Sequence record: PZ445435.1
Length of the DNA: 64,000 bases
Direction: 5' to 3' (one strand)
Source of the DNA: a phage
The notes under the pieces are model-generated. The model ran no database searches and was not told the origin of the DNA. It saw only the letters and a list, made by a program, of their open reading frames with translations. Positions 11,846 to 22,112 of this stretch are shown here, piece by piece; positions within the stretch are counted from its first letter, which is position 1; each line of letters starts with the position of its first letter. The position numbers and the translations under genes were made by a program.

Positions 11846-12483
11846 TTAGAATCCTTAAATTTACATTTATCATAATGCCATCTTAAAGCATTGCCTTTAT
11901 TAACTTTCTTGCCACAATGCGGACAAGGCGGATACTCTGTACCTTGCTTAGTTCTCAAAGAAATCAAATCACGGGTTTCTTTAGTATGAGGAACATCTCT
12001 TGTCGGAGAGATTGTACCATACATCGGATTAAGCACGCCGACTTTAGCAGCAGCTATATTCTTTTTAGCTTCTTCGGTTTTAGGTTTTCTCATGCGAGCT
12101 AAATGCTCTTTGGTAAATTTCCTTCCTTTAAGGGCTCTACTTATCTTTTCTCTGGTTTCCATAGAAACTTCACGTCCTGTAGCAGCTTCAGATAAACGTC
12201 GTCTACCTAATTCGTACAGTTGAGAAGAAATTTTATATGAGCGATTTTTACCAGTCAAGCACATTAAACCAAAAGCTTTCTTTAATCCTGGAGTGTCATA
12301 TATTTTACATAAAAGCCAATGAGCTATAAAATGCTCTCTACCTGTTAATTCAACTAAATTTTCTTTATCATCAGAACCTCCCATACATCTAGGGATTATA
12401 TGATGAGTCTCTTTATATCCTAATAAAGGTTCCCGGGTTTGAGCCCGGGAAATTAAACTATTATATACATTTTGATAATTCAT
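11842..12483 (-). CDS. mobE: free-standing HNH homing endonuclease (MobE-like)
   Basis: HHIIPRCMGGSDDKENLVELTGREHFIAHW HNH core and C-terminal CPHCG zinc finger; lies between nrdA and nrdB. Confidence 0.75.
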   Translation of the reverse strand: MNYQNVYNSLISRAQTREPLLGYKETHHIIPRCMGGSDDKENLVELTGREHFIAHWLLCKIYDTPGLKKAFGLMCLTGKNRSYKISSQLYELGRRRLSEAATGREVSMETREKISRALKGRKFTKEHLARMRKPKTEEAKKNIAAAKVGVLNPMYGTISPTRDVPHTKETRDLISLRTKQGTEYPPCPHCGKKVNKGNALRWHYDKCKFKDSK

Positions 12484-14747
12484 TATAATTTACAGGATGA
12501 ACAATCTTCAGCTTTTGGAGTTTCTATTTCATAATCATCAGTACCAGAACCATCGCGGGTATTATGATAATAGAAATTTTTTCCGCCAAAATACCAGAAA
12601 TACAAAAGGTCATCAATCATTATTGACATTGGAACCTTGCCTTTAGGGAAGATTTGGGGGTCATAGTATGTATTCGCCGAAGCTGATTGACAAACCCATT
12701 TCAGCATAATAGCTACCTGCGTAAGATAAGGTTTATTACCTTTCTTAGCTAATTTCCATGTATAATCATAGAGGTCTATGTTATGCTCAATATTGGGCAC
12801 GACTTGATTAAAGGAGCCCTCTTTTGATTCTTTAACAGAGACTGGTCCACGTGGAGGCTCGATACCGTTTGTACTGTTAGAAACTTGGGAAGATGACTCA
12901 CATGGCATAAGTGCTGATAATGTGCTATTACGGATGCCAAAGAGCTTAAGGTCTTCCCGCAGCGACGACCAGTCACAAACGTATTTTGGAGCTGCGATTT
13001 GGTCAATCTTTTTATTGTACCAGTCGATAGGTAATTCGCCTCGAGACCAACGAGTGTCTGAATAATATTCGCAAGGTCCTTTTTCTTTGGCGAGCTTAAT
13101 GGATGCTTTAATGAGTCCATACTGTAATCTCTCAAATAGTTCATGTGTTAAATCGTTAGCATCTTCATAAGAAGCAAAGTTACTTGCCAGCCAAGCCGCA
13201 TAGTTGGTAACACCTACACCGAGGTTACGACGCTTTTTAGCTTTTTCTGCTTCAGGAACTGGATATCCTTGATAATCCAAAAGATTATCAAGAGCACGAA
13301 CTTGAACTTCTGCCAATTCATTAATTTTATCTTGGTCTTGCCAGTCAAAATTATCTAGTACGAATGCAGAGAGAGTACACAATCCAATTTCAGCATCAGG
13401 ACTGTTCACATCATTTGTTGGAATAGCAATTTCACAGCACAAGTTACTCTGACGAATAGGTGCCTTTTCACGAATAAACGGAGTATAGTTATTCGTATTA
13501 TCAATGAACTGCACATAAATCCTTGCTGTTCCTGAACGTTCAGTCATGAGCAATTCAAATAGTTCACGGGCTTTAATACGCTTTTTACGAATATTAGGGT
13601 CTTTTTCTGCTGCTTCGTATAATTCACGGAAACGGTCTTGGTCTTTAAAATAAGAATAATAAAGCTCGCCACCCATTTCATGCGGACTGAACAAAGTAAT
13701 GTAATCGTTCTTTCCGAATCGTTCCATCATCAAATCATTCAGCTGAACACCATAATCCATATGACGAATGCGGTTTTCTTCTACGCCTTTGTTATTTTTC
13801 AAAACGAGAAGATTTTCAACTTCCAAATGCCAAATAGGATAATAAGCAGTAGCAGCGCCGCCACGAATTCCACCCTGTGAGCATGATTTAACTGCAGTCT
13901 GAAAATGTTTCCAAAAAGGAATAACACCAGTATGGCGTACTTCACCCATGCCAATCTTAGAACCTTCGGCACGAATCATACCAACATTAATACCAATTCC
14001 AGCGCGTTTAGAGATATATTCAACAATTGAAGCGGAAGCCTTATTGATAGACTTCAATGAATCACCTGCCTCAATAACAACACATGAACTAAACTGTCGA
14101 GTCGGAGTACGACAACCAGCCATAATAGGAGTTGGCAATGAAATCTGTCGAGTAGATACTGCTTCATAAAAACGGATAACATGTTTTAATCTATCAACAG
14201 GTTCATCTTGATGCAGTGCCATTCCAATAGTCATAAATGCAAACTGCGGAGTTTCATAAATTTGACCGGTGGTTTTATCTTTAACTAGATATTTTTCTTT
14301 TAATTGCATCGCCCCGGAATAAGTAAATTCCATATCCCGCTCGTGCTTAATTTTTGATTCTAAAAATGTAATTTCTTCTGCTGAATATTTTGACAATAAT
14401 TCAGGGTCATATTTACCTGCATTTACACAATAAGAAATATGGTCAATAAATGAACGCGGTTCATACTGCCCATAAACATGCTTACGAAGAGCAAACATTA
14501 AACAGCGTGCAGCTACATATTGATAATCAGGCTCTTCAACCGAAATAGAATTCGCAGCAGCCTTAATGACAATAGTCTGAATATCATCAGTTGTCATTCC
14601 ATCACGGAGATAAGATTTAATATTTTCATATAATTCATAAGGATCTACTGATGTTCCCTCAGCTGCCCAAGATAAAACTTTAATAATTTTTTGTGGGTCA
14701 AAGCTCTGAGAAACACCACTACTTTTGATAACATTAATTAATTGCAT
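12483..14747 (-). CDS. nrdA: ribonucleotide reductase large subunit
   Basis: 754 aa class Ia R1, C-terminal CxxC tail. Confidence 0.95.
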   Translation of the reverse strand: MQLINVIKSSGVSQSFDPQKIIKVLSWAAEGTSVDPYELYENIKSYLRDGMTTDDIQTIVIKAAANSISVEEPDYQYVAARCLMFALRKHVYGQYEPRSFIDHISYCVNAGKYDPELLSKYSAEEITFLESKIKHERDMEFTYSGAMQLKEKYLVKDKTTGQIYETPQFAFMTIGMALHQDEPVDRLKHVIRFYEAVSTRQISLPTPIMAGCRTPTRQFSSCVVIEAGDSLKSINKASASIVEYISKRAGIGINVGMIRAEGSKIGMGEVRHTGVIPFWKHFQTAVKSCSQGGIRGGAATAYYPIWHLEVENLLVLKNNKGVEENRIRHMDYGVQLNDLMMERFGKNDYITLFSPHEMGGELYYSYFKDQDRFRELYEAAEKDPNIRKKRIKARELFELLMTERSGTARIYVQFIDNTNNYTPFIREKAPIRQSNLCCEIAIPTNDVNSPDAEIGLCTLSAFVLDNFDWQDQDKINELAEVQVRALDNLLDYQGYPVPEAEKAKKRRNLGVGVTNYAAWLASNFASYEDANDLTHELFERLQYGLIKASIKLAKEKGPCEYYSDTRWSRGELPIDWYNKKIDQIAAPKYVCDWSSLREDLKLFGIRNSTLSALMPCESSSQVSNSTNGIEPPRGPVSVKESKEGSFNQVVPNIEHNIDLYDYTWKLAKKGNKPYLTQVAIMLKWVCQSASANTYYDPQIFPKGKVPMSIMIDDLLYFWYFGGKNFYYHNTRDGSGTDDYEIETPKAEDCSSCKL

Positions 14748-15064
14748 AAGTCCTCAACTTGAAAATCGTCTTTAAACAATCGGTTAACTATATGAGCTAT
14801 TATATCACCATGACACGGCTTTGGTTTACATGTGCATCCTAGCCTCATTCCACGTAAAGGCTCTAAATGTGCTTTAGTTATTTCTCCGGATTTAATTCGA
14901 CGTATAAAATCTTTTTTGAATAATTCAATGGCAGCCTCCCGGCTGCCAGCATCTTTACCGACGTAATTTCCCCAAAATGTACCGCGGTGAATATTAACAT
15001 CAAAGTCGGATTTGTATTTATTCACTACCCGGCATAGACGGCCCGGTTGGTAATAATTCTTCAT
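14738..15064 (-). CDS. DUF4326-like protein (108 aa)
   Basis: C...CxC...CHGD pattern; ORF track. Confidence 0.45.
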   Translation of the reverse strand: MKNYYQPGRLCRVVNKYKSDFDVNIHRGTFWGNYVGKDAGSREAAIELFKKDFIRRIKSGEITKAHLEPLRGMRLGCTCKPKPCHGDIIAHIVNRLFKDDFQVEDLCN

Positions 15065-15281
15065 ATTGTTTTTCCGTTAAAACAGTAATATCGTAGTAAC
15101 AGTCAGAAGAAGTTTTAACTGTGGAAATTTTATTGTCAAAATACTCACGAGTCATTTTATGAGTATAGTATTTTTTACCATAAATGGTAATAGGCTGTTC
15201 TGGTCCTGGAACTTCTAACTCGCTTGGATTAGGAAGTGTAAAAAGAACGACACCAGAAGTATCTTTAAATCGTAAAATCAT
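15018..15281 (-). CDS. hypothetical protein (87 aa)
   Basis: ORF track; 47-nt overlap with downstream ORF. Confidence 0.4.
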   Translation of the reverse strand: MILRFKDTSGVVLFTLPNPSELEVPGPEQPITIYGKKYYTHKMTREYFDNKISTVKTSSDCYYDITVLTEKQYEELLPTGPSMPGSE

Positions 15282-16138
15282 ATTGCCATTTTCCCTTTAA
15301 TTGCTGGATGCGATTCATAATTTTCAAGGATAAAATCTTTCGGTTTCATGTATTCAGTTAACCAGTAAAGCTGTGTTTCGGTGTCACAATTTTCAAACTC
15401 TATAGGCCAATCAATTTTAAGTTCGCACAGTTCTTTAGGCTCACGACGTAAAATTTCTTTACATTGTTCTACATGATTCATATAGATATGAGTATTACCA
15501 CCAGAAAATATCAAATCTCCTGGGATAAGATTACACATCTTAGCCATAATATGCGTCAAGGCAGCGTACGAGGCAATGTTGAATGGCAAGCCCAAGAAAA
15601 CATCTACACTTCTTTGGTACCACTGTAAATCAAGATAACCATTACGCACATTAAACTGATAGAACATATGACAGGGTGGTAATGCCATTTGATTGATTTC
15701 AGCTGGATTCCATGCTGAAACGATTTGACGTCGATCAGTTGGTAATTTTTTAATACGATCAATAGTTTCAACTAATTGATCCACACCACCGAAATCACGC
15801 CATTGTTTACCATATATAGGACCCAGTTCACCACTATGATATCCTAGGTCTTTAGCTTGGTTTTCATAATTGTCATCCCAGATAGTTTTACCTTGAATAA
15901 GACTACCGTGAGTAAGAAGACGTAAATCATTAACATTGGTAGAACCGGAAATAAACCATAAAAGCTCAGCAATGCATGCATTCCAGGCGAGCTTCTTAGT
16001 TGTTACTGCAGGAAAACCTTTACTTAAATCCCAGCGTAATTTAGTACCGAACAAAGCAATTGTTCCTGTGCCCGTTCGGTCATCGGTTTCATAGCCATTT
16101 TCAAAAATGTCTTTAATTAAATCTTGGTATTGTTTCAT
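15278..16138 (-). CDS. td: thymidylate synthase (intronless)
   Basis: 286 aa contiguous; matches recalled T4 TS. Confidence 0.95.
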   Translation of the reverse strand: MKQYQDLIKDIFENGYETDDRTGTGTIALFGTKLRWDLSKGFPAVTTKKLAWNACIAELLWFISGSTNVNDLRLLTHGSLIQGKTIWDDNYENQAKDLGYHSGELGPIYGKQWRDFGGVDQLVETIDRIKKLPTDRRQIVSAWNPAEINQMALPPCHMFYQFNVRNGYLDLQWYQRSVDVFLGLPFNIASYAALTHIMAKMCNLIPGDLIFSGGNTHIYMNHVEQCKEILRREPKELCELKIDWPIEFENCDTETQLYWLTEYMKPKDFILENYESHPAIKGKMAI

Positions 16139-16183
16139 TTAGTACCTTATATAAATTATAATACATTTTATGAAGCTAAATAA

Positions 16184-16531
16184 TCAATACGGTTTAGCAT
16201 CAAATTTTCTCTCAATTTCAGGCGTGAAATATAATTCTTTACCGCGTTTGGAAAAGCGACCAATAATATGATAATTATTCTCATCAAACGTGATATTACC
16301 AATATCCATAGCTTTCAACCAAATATCGATATTTCTATCCAACTTTATGTCAAAATTCCAATACGGAGAACTATTACCGAAAATACTGCAAGCGGATTCA
16401 GTAAAACAACTACTATAAATCTTATCTTTAGGAACTACTAATTGATAGACACCTTTAATAAACTGAGGACCCTGCCATTTTGGTTGTTTCGTGTCTTTTT
16501 CTAATAGAATAGGGTAATAATTAAAATTCAT
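16184..16531 (-). CDS. hypothetical protein (115 aa) inserted between frd and td
   Basis: ORF track; no recognisable motif. Confidence 0.45.
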   Translation of the reverse strand: MNFNYYPILLEKDTKQPKWQGPQFIKGVYQLVVPKDKIYSSCFTESACSIFGNSSPYWNFDIKLDRNIDIWLKAMDIGNITFDENNYHIIGRFSKRGKELYFTPEIERKFDAKPY

Positions 16532-16550
16532 ATTTCCGCCACGCGTTATT

Positions 16551-17377
<827 letters not shown>

Positions 17378-17388
17378 ATTATCTCCTA

Positions 17389-17721
17389 TTAAAAAGGATC
17401 AGGAACATATCCGCTAGCTTTAATCATTTTAATTAACGTTAACATTCCTTTGTTAACTGCTCGTGAGATTTCATCAAAAACTTCATCACTAAAAAGTTCT
17501 AACACACCCTTCTGAACTTTTAATTTACAGCCAACAATTTCGTCATCGCCTATAGTAAATTCATTACCACCAATTCCTCCGAAAAACTTAATTACACCAG
17601 TTAACTGTCTTCCACGAGAATATGGATCGTGTGATAAATTAATATGAGTCACCCCGGGTACAGTTTTAAATTGGCAGCGAATGTTTACTTGTGAAATTCC
17701 AGTTACATGAATATCAGACAT
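17389..17721 (-). CDS. hypothetical protein (110 aa)
   Basis: ORF track. Confidence 0.45.
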   Translation of the reverse strand: MSDIHVTGISQVNIRCQFKTVPGVTHINLSHDPYSRGRQLTGVIKFFGGIGGNEFTIGDDEIVGCKLKVQKGVLELFSDEVFDEISRAVNKGMLTLIKMIKASGYVPDPF

Positions 17722-17731
17722 AATATTTTCC

Positions 17732-17974
17732 TCAAATAGACTTTTTCACAATTTTCCAATCAGCTTTAAACTGATCGACGTCAGAGTGATAAATCCAAAA
17801 TCCTGCGCTTTCACCGTCTTCATAAAGCGGACACCCATCACATTCATCTTCCCATCCCATGCCACGTAAAAGGTGTTCAGCTTTTTCAACAAGTTCAGAA
17901 TCTTTACCGATGATATTAAAATACCATTTACCTCTAACTTCCGAATCTTTGATGCTCTGACGTTGTAATCTCAT
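17732..17974 (-). CDS. hypothetical protein (80 aa)
   Basis: ORF track. Confidence 0.45.
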   Translation of the reverse strand: MRLQRQSIKDSEVRGKWYFNIIGKDSELVEKAEHLLRGMGWEDECDGCPLYEDGESAGFWIYHSDVDQFKADWKIVKKSI

Positions 17975-18002
17975 TTTATTCTCCTCGGTAGTTGATAGGG
18001 TA

Positions 18003-18032
18003 ATAGTATCACACTACTACCCTTCTGTAAAC
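18003..18032 (-). promoter_or_regulatory. T4-type early promoter with conserved leader cassette
   Basis: GTTTACA ... TGATACTAT then leader CCCTATCAACTACCGAGGAG, also seen near 38284 and 38791. Confidence 0.55.
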
Positions 18033-18418
18033 TACTTTTTGAAAGTTTTTCGCAAAAGTTCAATGATTTCATCTACATTGTTTTCGTCAACAATGCAGTG
18101 AATTTTTGTTACGCCAGAAACTATACCTTCATTAGCGGATTGAGGCTTTTCTAAAGTTACCTCAGTAAAGTATTTGAATTCTTCAGAGTAAATCTCAAAA
18201 TACGTCTCAAGTGGGCCACCCGCCATGTATTCAGTGCCATCTTCCATAGTTACACGTACCACACATTCACCAGCGCAATCATCACTTTCCATTTCATCTA
18301 CAACAAAACTAGGTCCGTGCTTCTCTATTAAATTTAGCATCATTACATTGCAACGGCACTCGTTAGCAAAGTCATTTTTAAATAAAGGGTTAATGATATA
18401 AGTTTTTCCAACTTCCAT
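18032..18418 (-). CDS. hypothetical protein (128 aa)
   Basis: ORF track. Confidence 0.45.
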   Translation of the reverse strand: MEVGKTYIINPLFKNDFANECRCNVMMLNLIEKHGPSFVVDEMESDDCAGECVVRVTMEDGTEYMAGGPLETYFEIYSEEFKYFTEVTLEKPQSANEGIVSGVTKIHCIVDENNVDEIIELLRKTFKK

Positions 18419-18464
18419 TTTGATTTCCTCAGTTTAACGGGGCTATCAAATAGCCCCTTGATAA

Positions 18465-18692
18465 TTATTGTTCAATCAGTCCCATGTAAAATTCTGCGTC
18501 TTCAGAATCCATACCATCACAATATTCATTAGCCATAAAGCGGGTGAGGTCTTCAAGAGGACCTTCAACAACAATTTGAATACTCCAAAATTTAGAATCT
18601 TGCACACTTGTGATACTAAGTTCAGGATAACGATTACGAATAATTTCTTCGATATATTCAAAATCAACGATGTCAATATCAACTTTAGCCAT
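18465..18692 (-). CDS. hypothetical acidic protein (75 aa, start at internal ATG with AAGAGGAAA SD)
   Basis: Upstream part of the track ORF overlaps a promoter, so internal start preferred. Confidence 0.45.
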   Translation of the reverse strand: MAKVDIDIVDFEYIEEIIRNRYPELSITSVQDSKFWSIQIVVEGPLEDLTRFMANEYCDGMDSEDAEFYMGLIEQ

Positions 18693-18735
18693 ATTATTTT
18701 CCTCTTTAATCATCAGCAGTATTGCCGATAGTTGT

Positions 18736-18765
18736 ATAGTACCATGGAAGGACAAGGATGTAAAC
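18736..18765 (-). promoter_or_regulatory. T4-type early promoter (-35 GTTTACA, -10 TGGTACTAT)
   Basis: Motif and spacing; directly downstream of gene 32 terminator. Confidence 0.55.
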
Positions 18766-18789
18766 CATTTTGTGAAAAAATTTTTTGAA

Positions 18790-18816
18790 ATAAAAAAGGG
18801 GACCCTAGAGGTCCCC
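18790..18816 (-). terminator. rho-independent terminator downstream of gene 32
   Basis: GGGGACC-loop-GGTCCCC perfect stem followed by U6 on minus strand. Confidence 0.75.
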
Positions 18817-18838
18817 AATTAATTAGTAATATAATCTA

Positions 18839-19747
18839 TTAAAGGTCATTCAAAAGGTCATCCAGGTCCGTGTCATCAGCACTAGATGAACTGCCAGAGC
18901 TTGAGCTCATAAAATCATCTTCAGTTTTTGTTTTGAAGTCATCAACATTGAATGCATCCAAATCATCAGCAACTTTATCAGCTTTCTTAGCGGCAGTTGC
19001 TGCGGCACCACCCATAGCAGCAGTTCCCATAACTTGACTGAACTTAGTGCTCAGTTCTTCAAATGATTTGAATTTATCTTTAGAAGTCATTTCAGAAAGG
19101 TCAACCATTTGTTCGAACAGTTCTTTCTGGAAAGATTCATCGTCAATGTTTGGAATCGCAGATTGATTCAGGAATTTAGATTCATCGTAATTACTAAATC
19201 CAGAAACCTGTTTAACTTTCAGTACAAAGTTAGCACCTTCCCACGGACAAGTTACATCAACTGGAGTTTCACCCATTTCAACATCAACCGCAATCATTGC
19301 ATTGATTTTATCCCAGATTTTCTTACCGAAACGGTATTTAAATACTTTACCTTCGTTTTCTGGAGCAGCTGGGTCTTTTACTACAAGAATGTTAGCCCAG
19401 TAAGAAGTTTTACGTTTAACAAGACTGTACTCTTTATTGTCAGTGTTGTACAGATCATTTTTACTAATGTATTGACATACTGGGCAAGAATCGTAATCAC
19501 CGTGGGTAGATGAACAGTTTTCAATATACCATTTACCATTTTTCTTGAAACCGTGATTTACAAGAATTGCGAATGGTGCTTGTTCATCATTTTTAGACGG
19601 AAGAAAACGAATTACTGCTTGACCGTTACCCGCATTGTCGAGTTTCAGTTTCCACTCGCCTTTATCTTCAGAAGAAAAACCACCTTTATTTCCAGCCAGT
19701 TTAGCCATTTGTGCAGCGAGTTCAGCAGTAGATTTACGTTTAAACAT
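18839..19747 (-). CDS. 32: single-stranded DNA-binding protein gp32
   Basis: Matches recalled T4 gp32, acidic Ser/Asp-rich C-terminal tail. Confidence 0.95.
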   Translation of the reverse strand: MFKRKSTAELAAQMAKLAGNKGGFSSEDKGEWKLKLDNAGNGQAVIRFLPSKNDEQAPFAILVNHGFKKNGKWYIENCSSTHGDYDSCPVCQYISKNDLYNTDNKEYSLVKRKTSYWANILVVKDPAAPENEGKVFKYRFGKKIWDKINAMIAVDVEMGETPVDVTCPWEGANFVLKVKQVSGFSNYDESKFLNQSAIPNIDDESFQKELFEQMVDLSEMTSKDKFKSFEELSTKFSQVMGTAAMGGAAATAAKKADKVADDLDAFNVDDFKTKTEDDFMSSSSGSSSSADDTDLDDLLNDL

Positions 19748-19818
19748 TTTTATTTCCTTTTTAATTTAATTAACAGTTGGTGCTATGACGATGTATGACC
19801 TCATAGCTGGTCAGTGAG
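19748..19818 (-). promoter_or_regulatory. gene 32 translational operator (5' pseudoknot plus AU-rich leader)
   Basis: Leader reads ...GGUCAUACAUCGUCAUAGCACC...UUAAUUAAAUUAAAAAGGAAAUAAAAAUG as in T4. Confidence 0.7.
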
Positions 19819-19821
19819 ATA

Positions 19822-19846
19822 ATTATAATCTATTTATAATAAGCAA
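19822..19846 (-). promoter_or_regulatory. gene 32 promoter region: candidate MotA-box middle promoter (TTGCTTA ... TATAAT) overlapping a TATAAATA late promoter
   Basis: Minus strand reads AATTGCTTATTATAAATAGATTATAAT. Confidence 0.5.
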
Positions 19847-20500
19847 TTAATACTTACAAGATTTCACAGTTTCAATGAAAACACTTTTAGCTTTCTGTGA
19901 ATCAATATTTAAAATTTTTCTATAAGCCTTTAACTTTATAGAATAATTATTCCAGACTAAATTATCAGTCTGTTCATCATGTTTATCAATTATATTTAAA
20001 AATGAATCAAGCAAGATAAACGTCTCAAACGAAATTATGTTCGACTGAAGCAGTTTAAAAATATAACTTGATTGAACTTTTGGATTATATTCAAAAATTT
20101 CTTTAAAAGCAGAAACTTCAACTTTTTTACTAAAATAATAAATGTTGCGAATATCTTCTTCAAACTTAAATTTAATTTGCTTTAAGCGTCCGATATATTC
20201 ACGATAAAACACAAGTGCATCAGCGTCAGAGATGTCACCAATCCAAGCATCTTGGTTAGCAACCAAATTACTTATAAAGATTAAAGCAAGTTCCTTTAAT
20301 TTATATTTTTCTGATAACTTCTGGAAAAAATACTTATCCCTTCGCTTTTGATAAGCGGCATCAGACACCCGCATGCACCAATTATACTTAATAACATCAT
20401 ACTTTCCATTCATATGTTGTTTTATCATTAAGTATAATTTATAAACTGATTTACCATCAATGTATCTTTCACCACCAGCAGGCATGCGGAGTTTAATCAT
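19847..20500 (-). CDS. 59: helicase loader gp59
   Basis: 217 aa; matches recalled T4 gp59. Confidence 0.85.
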   Translation of the reverse strand: MIKLRMPAGGERYIDGKSVYKLYLMIKQHMNGKYDVIKYNWCMRVSDAAYQKRRDKYFFQKLSEKYKLKELALIFISNLVANQDAWIGDISDADALVFYREYIGRLKQIKFKFEEDIRNIYYFSKKVEVSAFKEIFEYNPKVQSSYIFKLLQSNIISFETFILLDSFLNIIDKHDEQTDNLVWNNYSIKLKAYRKILNIDSQKAKSVFIETVKSCKY

Positions 20501-20835
20501 AGTAGAAAATCTAATGTATTAGTTTTTTCACAACGAACAACAGAAGGACGTAAAAGATTTTCATCAATAGCTTCTGACTGAATTTTTTCAATTATACCCG
20601 AAGGAATAAATTTAGCAAATTGAGTTTCAGGAATAGAGTTTTCTTCCAAGAATGCTGTCGTAGCTTCAAGATAACTCATTCCAAACTCTTCTACCATTTT
20701 TTCAATAATAAATCCATTTTCTTGACGATCAAGAAGCTTTGCTATTTCATCCTTTTCTTTCTTAATTGAAAGTTCTTTTTCTGAAAGACCGGTCTCATCG
20801 ACCGGACGAATATCATTTAGAGAAAACTGTGTCAT
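20497..20835 (-). CDS. 33: late transcription co-activator gp33
   Basis: 112 aa from ATG 20835; matches recalled T4 gp33. Confidence 0.8.
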   Translation of the reverse strand: MTQFSLNDIRPVDETGLSEKELSIKKEKDEIAKLLDRQENGFIIEKMVEEFGMSYLEATTAFLEENSIPETQFAKFIPSGIIEKIQSEAIDENLLRPSVVRCEKTNTLDFLL

Positions 20836-21082
20836 AAAGTTCAACTACCTCTTCAGTTTCAGCTTCAAACACATCACGGTTATCTTTATGATACAAAGCT
20901 AATAGACGATTAAACATCTTACCATCAACACCAAGTTCATCTTTGGCACGAATTCGAATATCTTTAATCAGTTCATTATAACCGGAAATTTTCAGTTTAT
21001 GGTCAGATGCTTCTTTAATAAATTTAGCCAAGTCTTCGCCATGGATAGCTTCATCAAATTCAACCATTTCTTTTTTAGCCAT
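20813..21082 (-). CDS. dsbA: dsDNA-binding protein DsbA (late transcription enhancer)
   Basis: 89 aa; position between 33 and rnh. Confidence 0.7.
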   Translation of the reverse strand: MAKKEMVEFDEAIHGEDLAKFIKEASDHKLKISGYNELIKDIRIRAKDELGVDGKMFNRLLALYHKDNRDVFEAETEEVVELYDTVFSK

Positions 21083-21090
21083 TATTCACC

Positions 21091-22008
21091 TCAAAATTCA
21101 TTAATGCTATTAGTTAATTTAGAAAGACCCGCTTTTACAAAATATGAATAAATTTTGCCACGCGGTGGTAATTTATATGAATTATAGTAATTCACAATGT
21201 TTGAAGCAATATTATCAGGAATATAATCAAAATCAATTAGAACTAAATTTTCTTTATAACGATTATATTCAGATTCAGTGAGAAGCACCTTAGCTTGCTC
21301 ACGGTCATTAGCAATAGCTTCAACAATAGAGGTTTTCATTGAAGGAGTTCGTTCACCTTCAACTCTGGTAAACCAAAAGTCAGATCGTACTTTAACTGAA
21401 GCAACGTTGTCCTTTTTGTCGCCTTTAAGGATTTTAGTCATGCAATCAATTTCAGCAGAACCGCTTTTAATTTTAACCCATTTCTTATGCATCGGTGACC
21501 ATTGCTTAACATTTGGATATTTGTGAAGCTGTGTAAAGTCACCATCCGATGAAATGATTAAAATCTTGTGTCCTTCTAAAGAGAACTTTTTAACAAGAAC
21601 AGCAATGTGGTCATCCGCTTCATACTTATCAATATCCATAACAATGTATGGCATATAAGCTTTCAATTCATCTATAACTTTATGGCTGGATTCAAAATAA
21701 CCTTCCCAGTCCCAAGTAGATTCTTCTCGTGCTTTTCCACGGTTTTTCTTATAATAATAAGCGAAATCACGACGCCAGTATCCAGATTTCGCGTTATCAA
21801 TACACAGTACAATTTTAGTGTATCCAAGCGTTTTTGCTTTTTTGACATTAAACTTAATTGAGTTCAATATCAAATGACGAACCATTGATAAATTAATTTT
21901 TTCTTTATCTGGGAAGTTTACTAAAGCAGTTGAAAGCGCAATTTGACTAAAGTCAATAAAGCAAATTCCTTCTTTGTAATCTTCATCCAACATCATTTCT
22001 AAATCCAT
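21091..22008 (-). CDS. rnh: RNase H (5'-3' exonuclease, FEN-1 family)
   Basis: 305 aa from ATG 22008 (track start is TTG); matches recalled T4 RNase H. Confidence 0.9.
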   Translation of the reverse strand: MDLEMMLDEDYKEGICFIDFSQIALSTALVNFPDKEKINLSMVRHLILNSIKFNVKKAKTLGYTKIVLCIDNAKSGYWRRDFAYYYKKNRGKAREESTWDWEGYFESSHKVIDELKAYMPYIVMDIDKYEADDHIAVLVKKFSLEGHKILIISSDGDFTQLHKYPNVKQWSPMHKKWVKIKSGSAEIDCMTKILKGDKKDNVASVKVRSDFWFTRVEGERTPSMKTSIVEAIANDREQAKVLLTESEYNRYKENLVLIDFDYIPDNIASNIVNYYNSYKLPPRGKIYSYFVKAGLSKLTNSINEF

Positions 22009-22070
22009 ATGAACCTCGTTCAATTAGTGAGATTTCTATTATATACCATCCAAATCTTAAAGTAAACAAG

Positions 22071-22078
22071 TATAAATA
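22071..22078 (+). promoter_or_regulatory. late promoter TATAAATA for gene 34
   Basis: Exact consensus about 35 nt upstream of gene 34 ATG. Confidence 0.7.
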
Positions 22079-22112
22079 CTTATTATTGAAAACACAATAG
22101 GAGCCCGGGAGA

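Noticed and set aside
15278-16138. Possible group I intron in td
   Set aside because: td is a single contiguous 286-codon ORF; no interrupting structured insert.
16184-16531. 115-aa frd-td ORF as a homing endonuclease
   Set aside because: No GIY-YIG, HNH or LAGLIDADG motif recognisable; kept as hypothetical.
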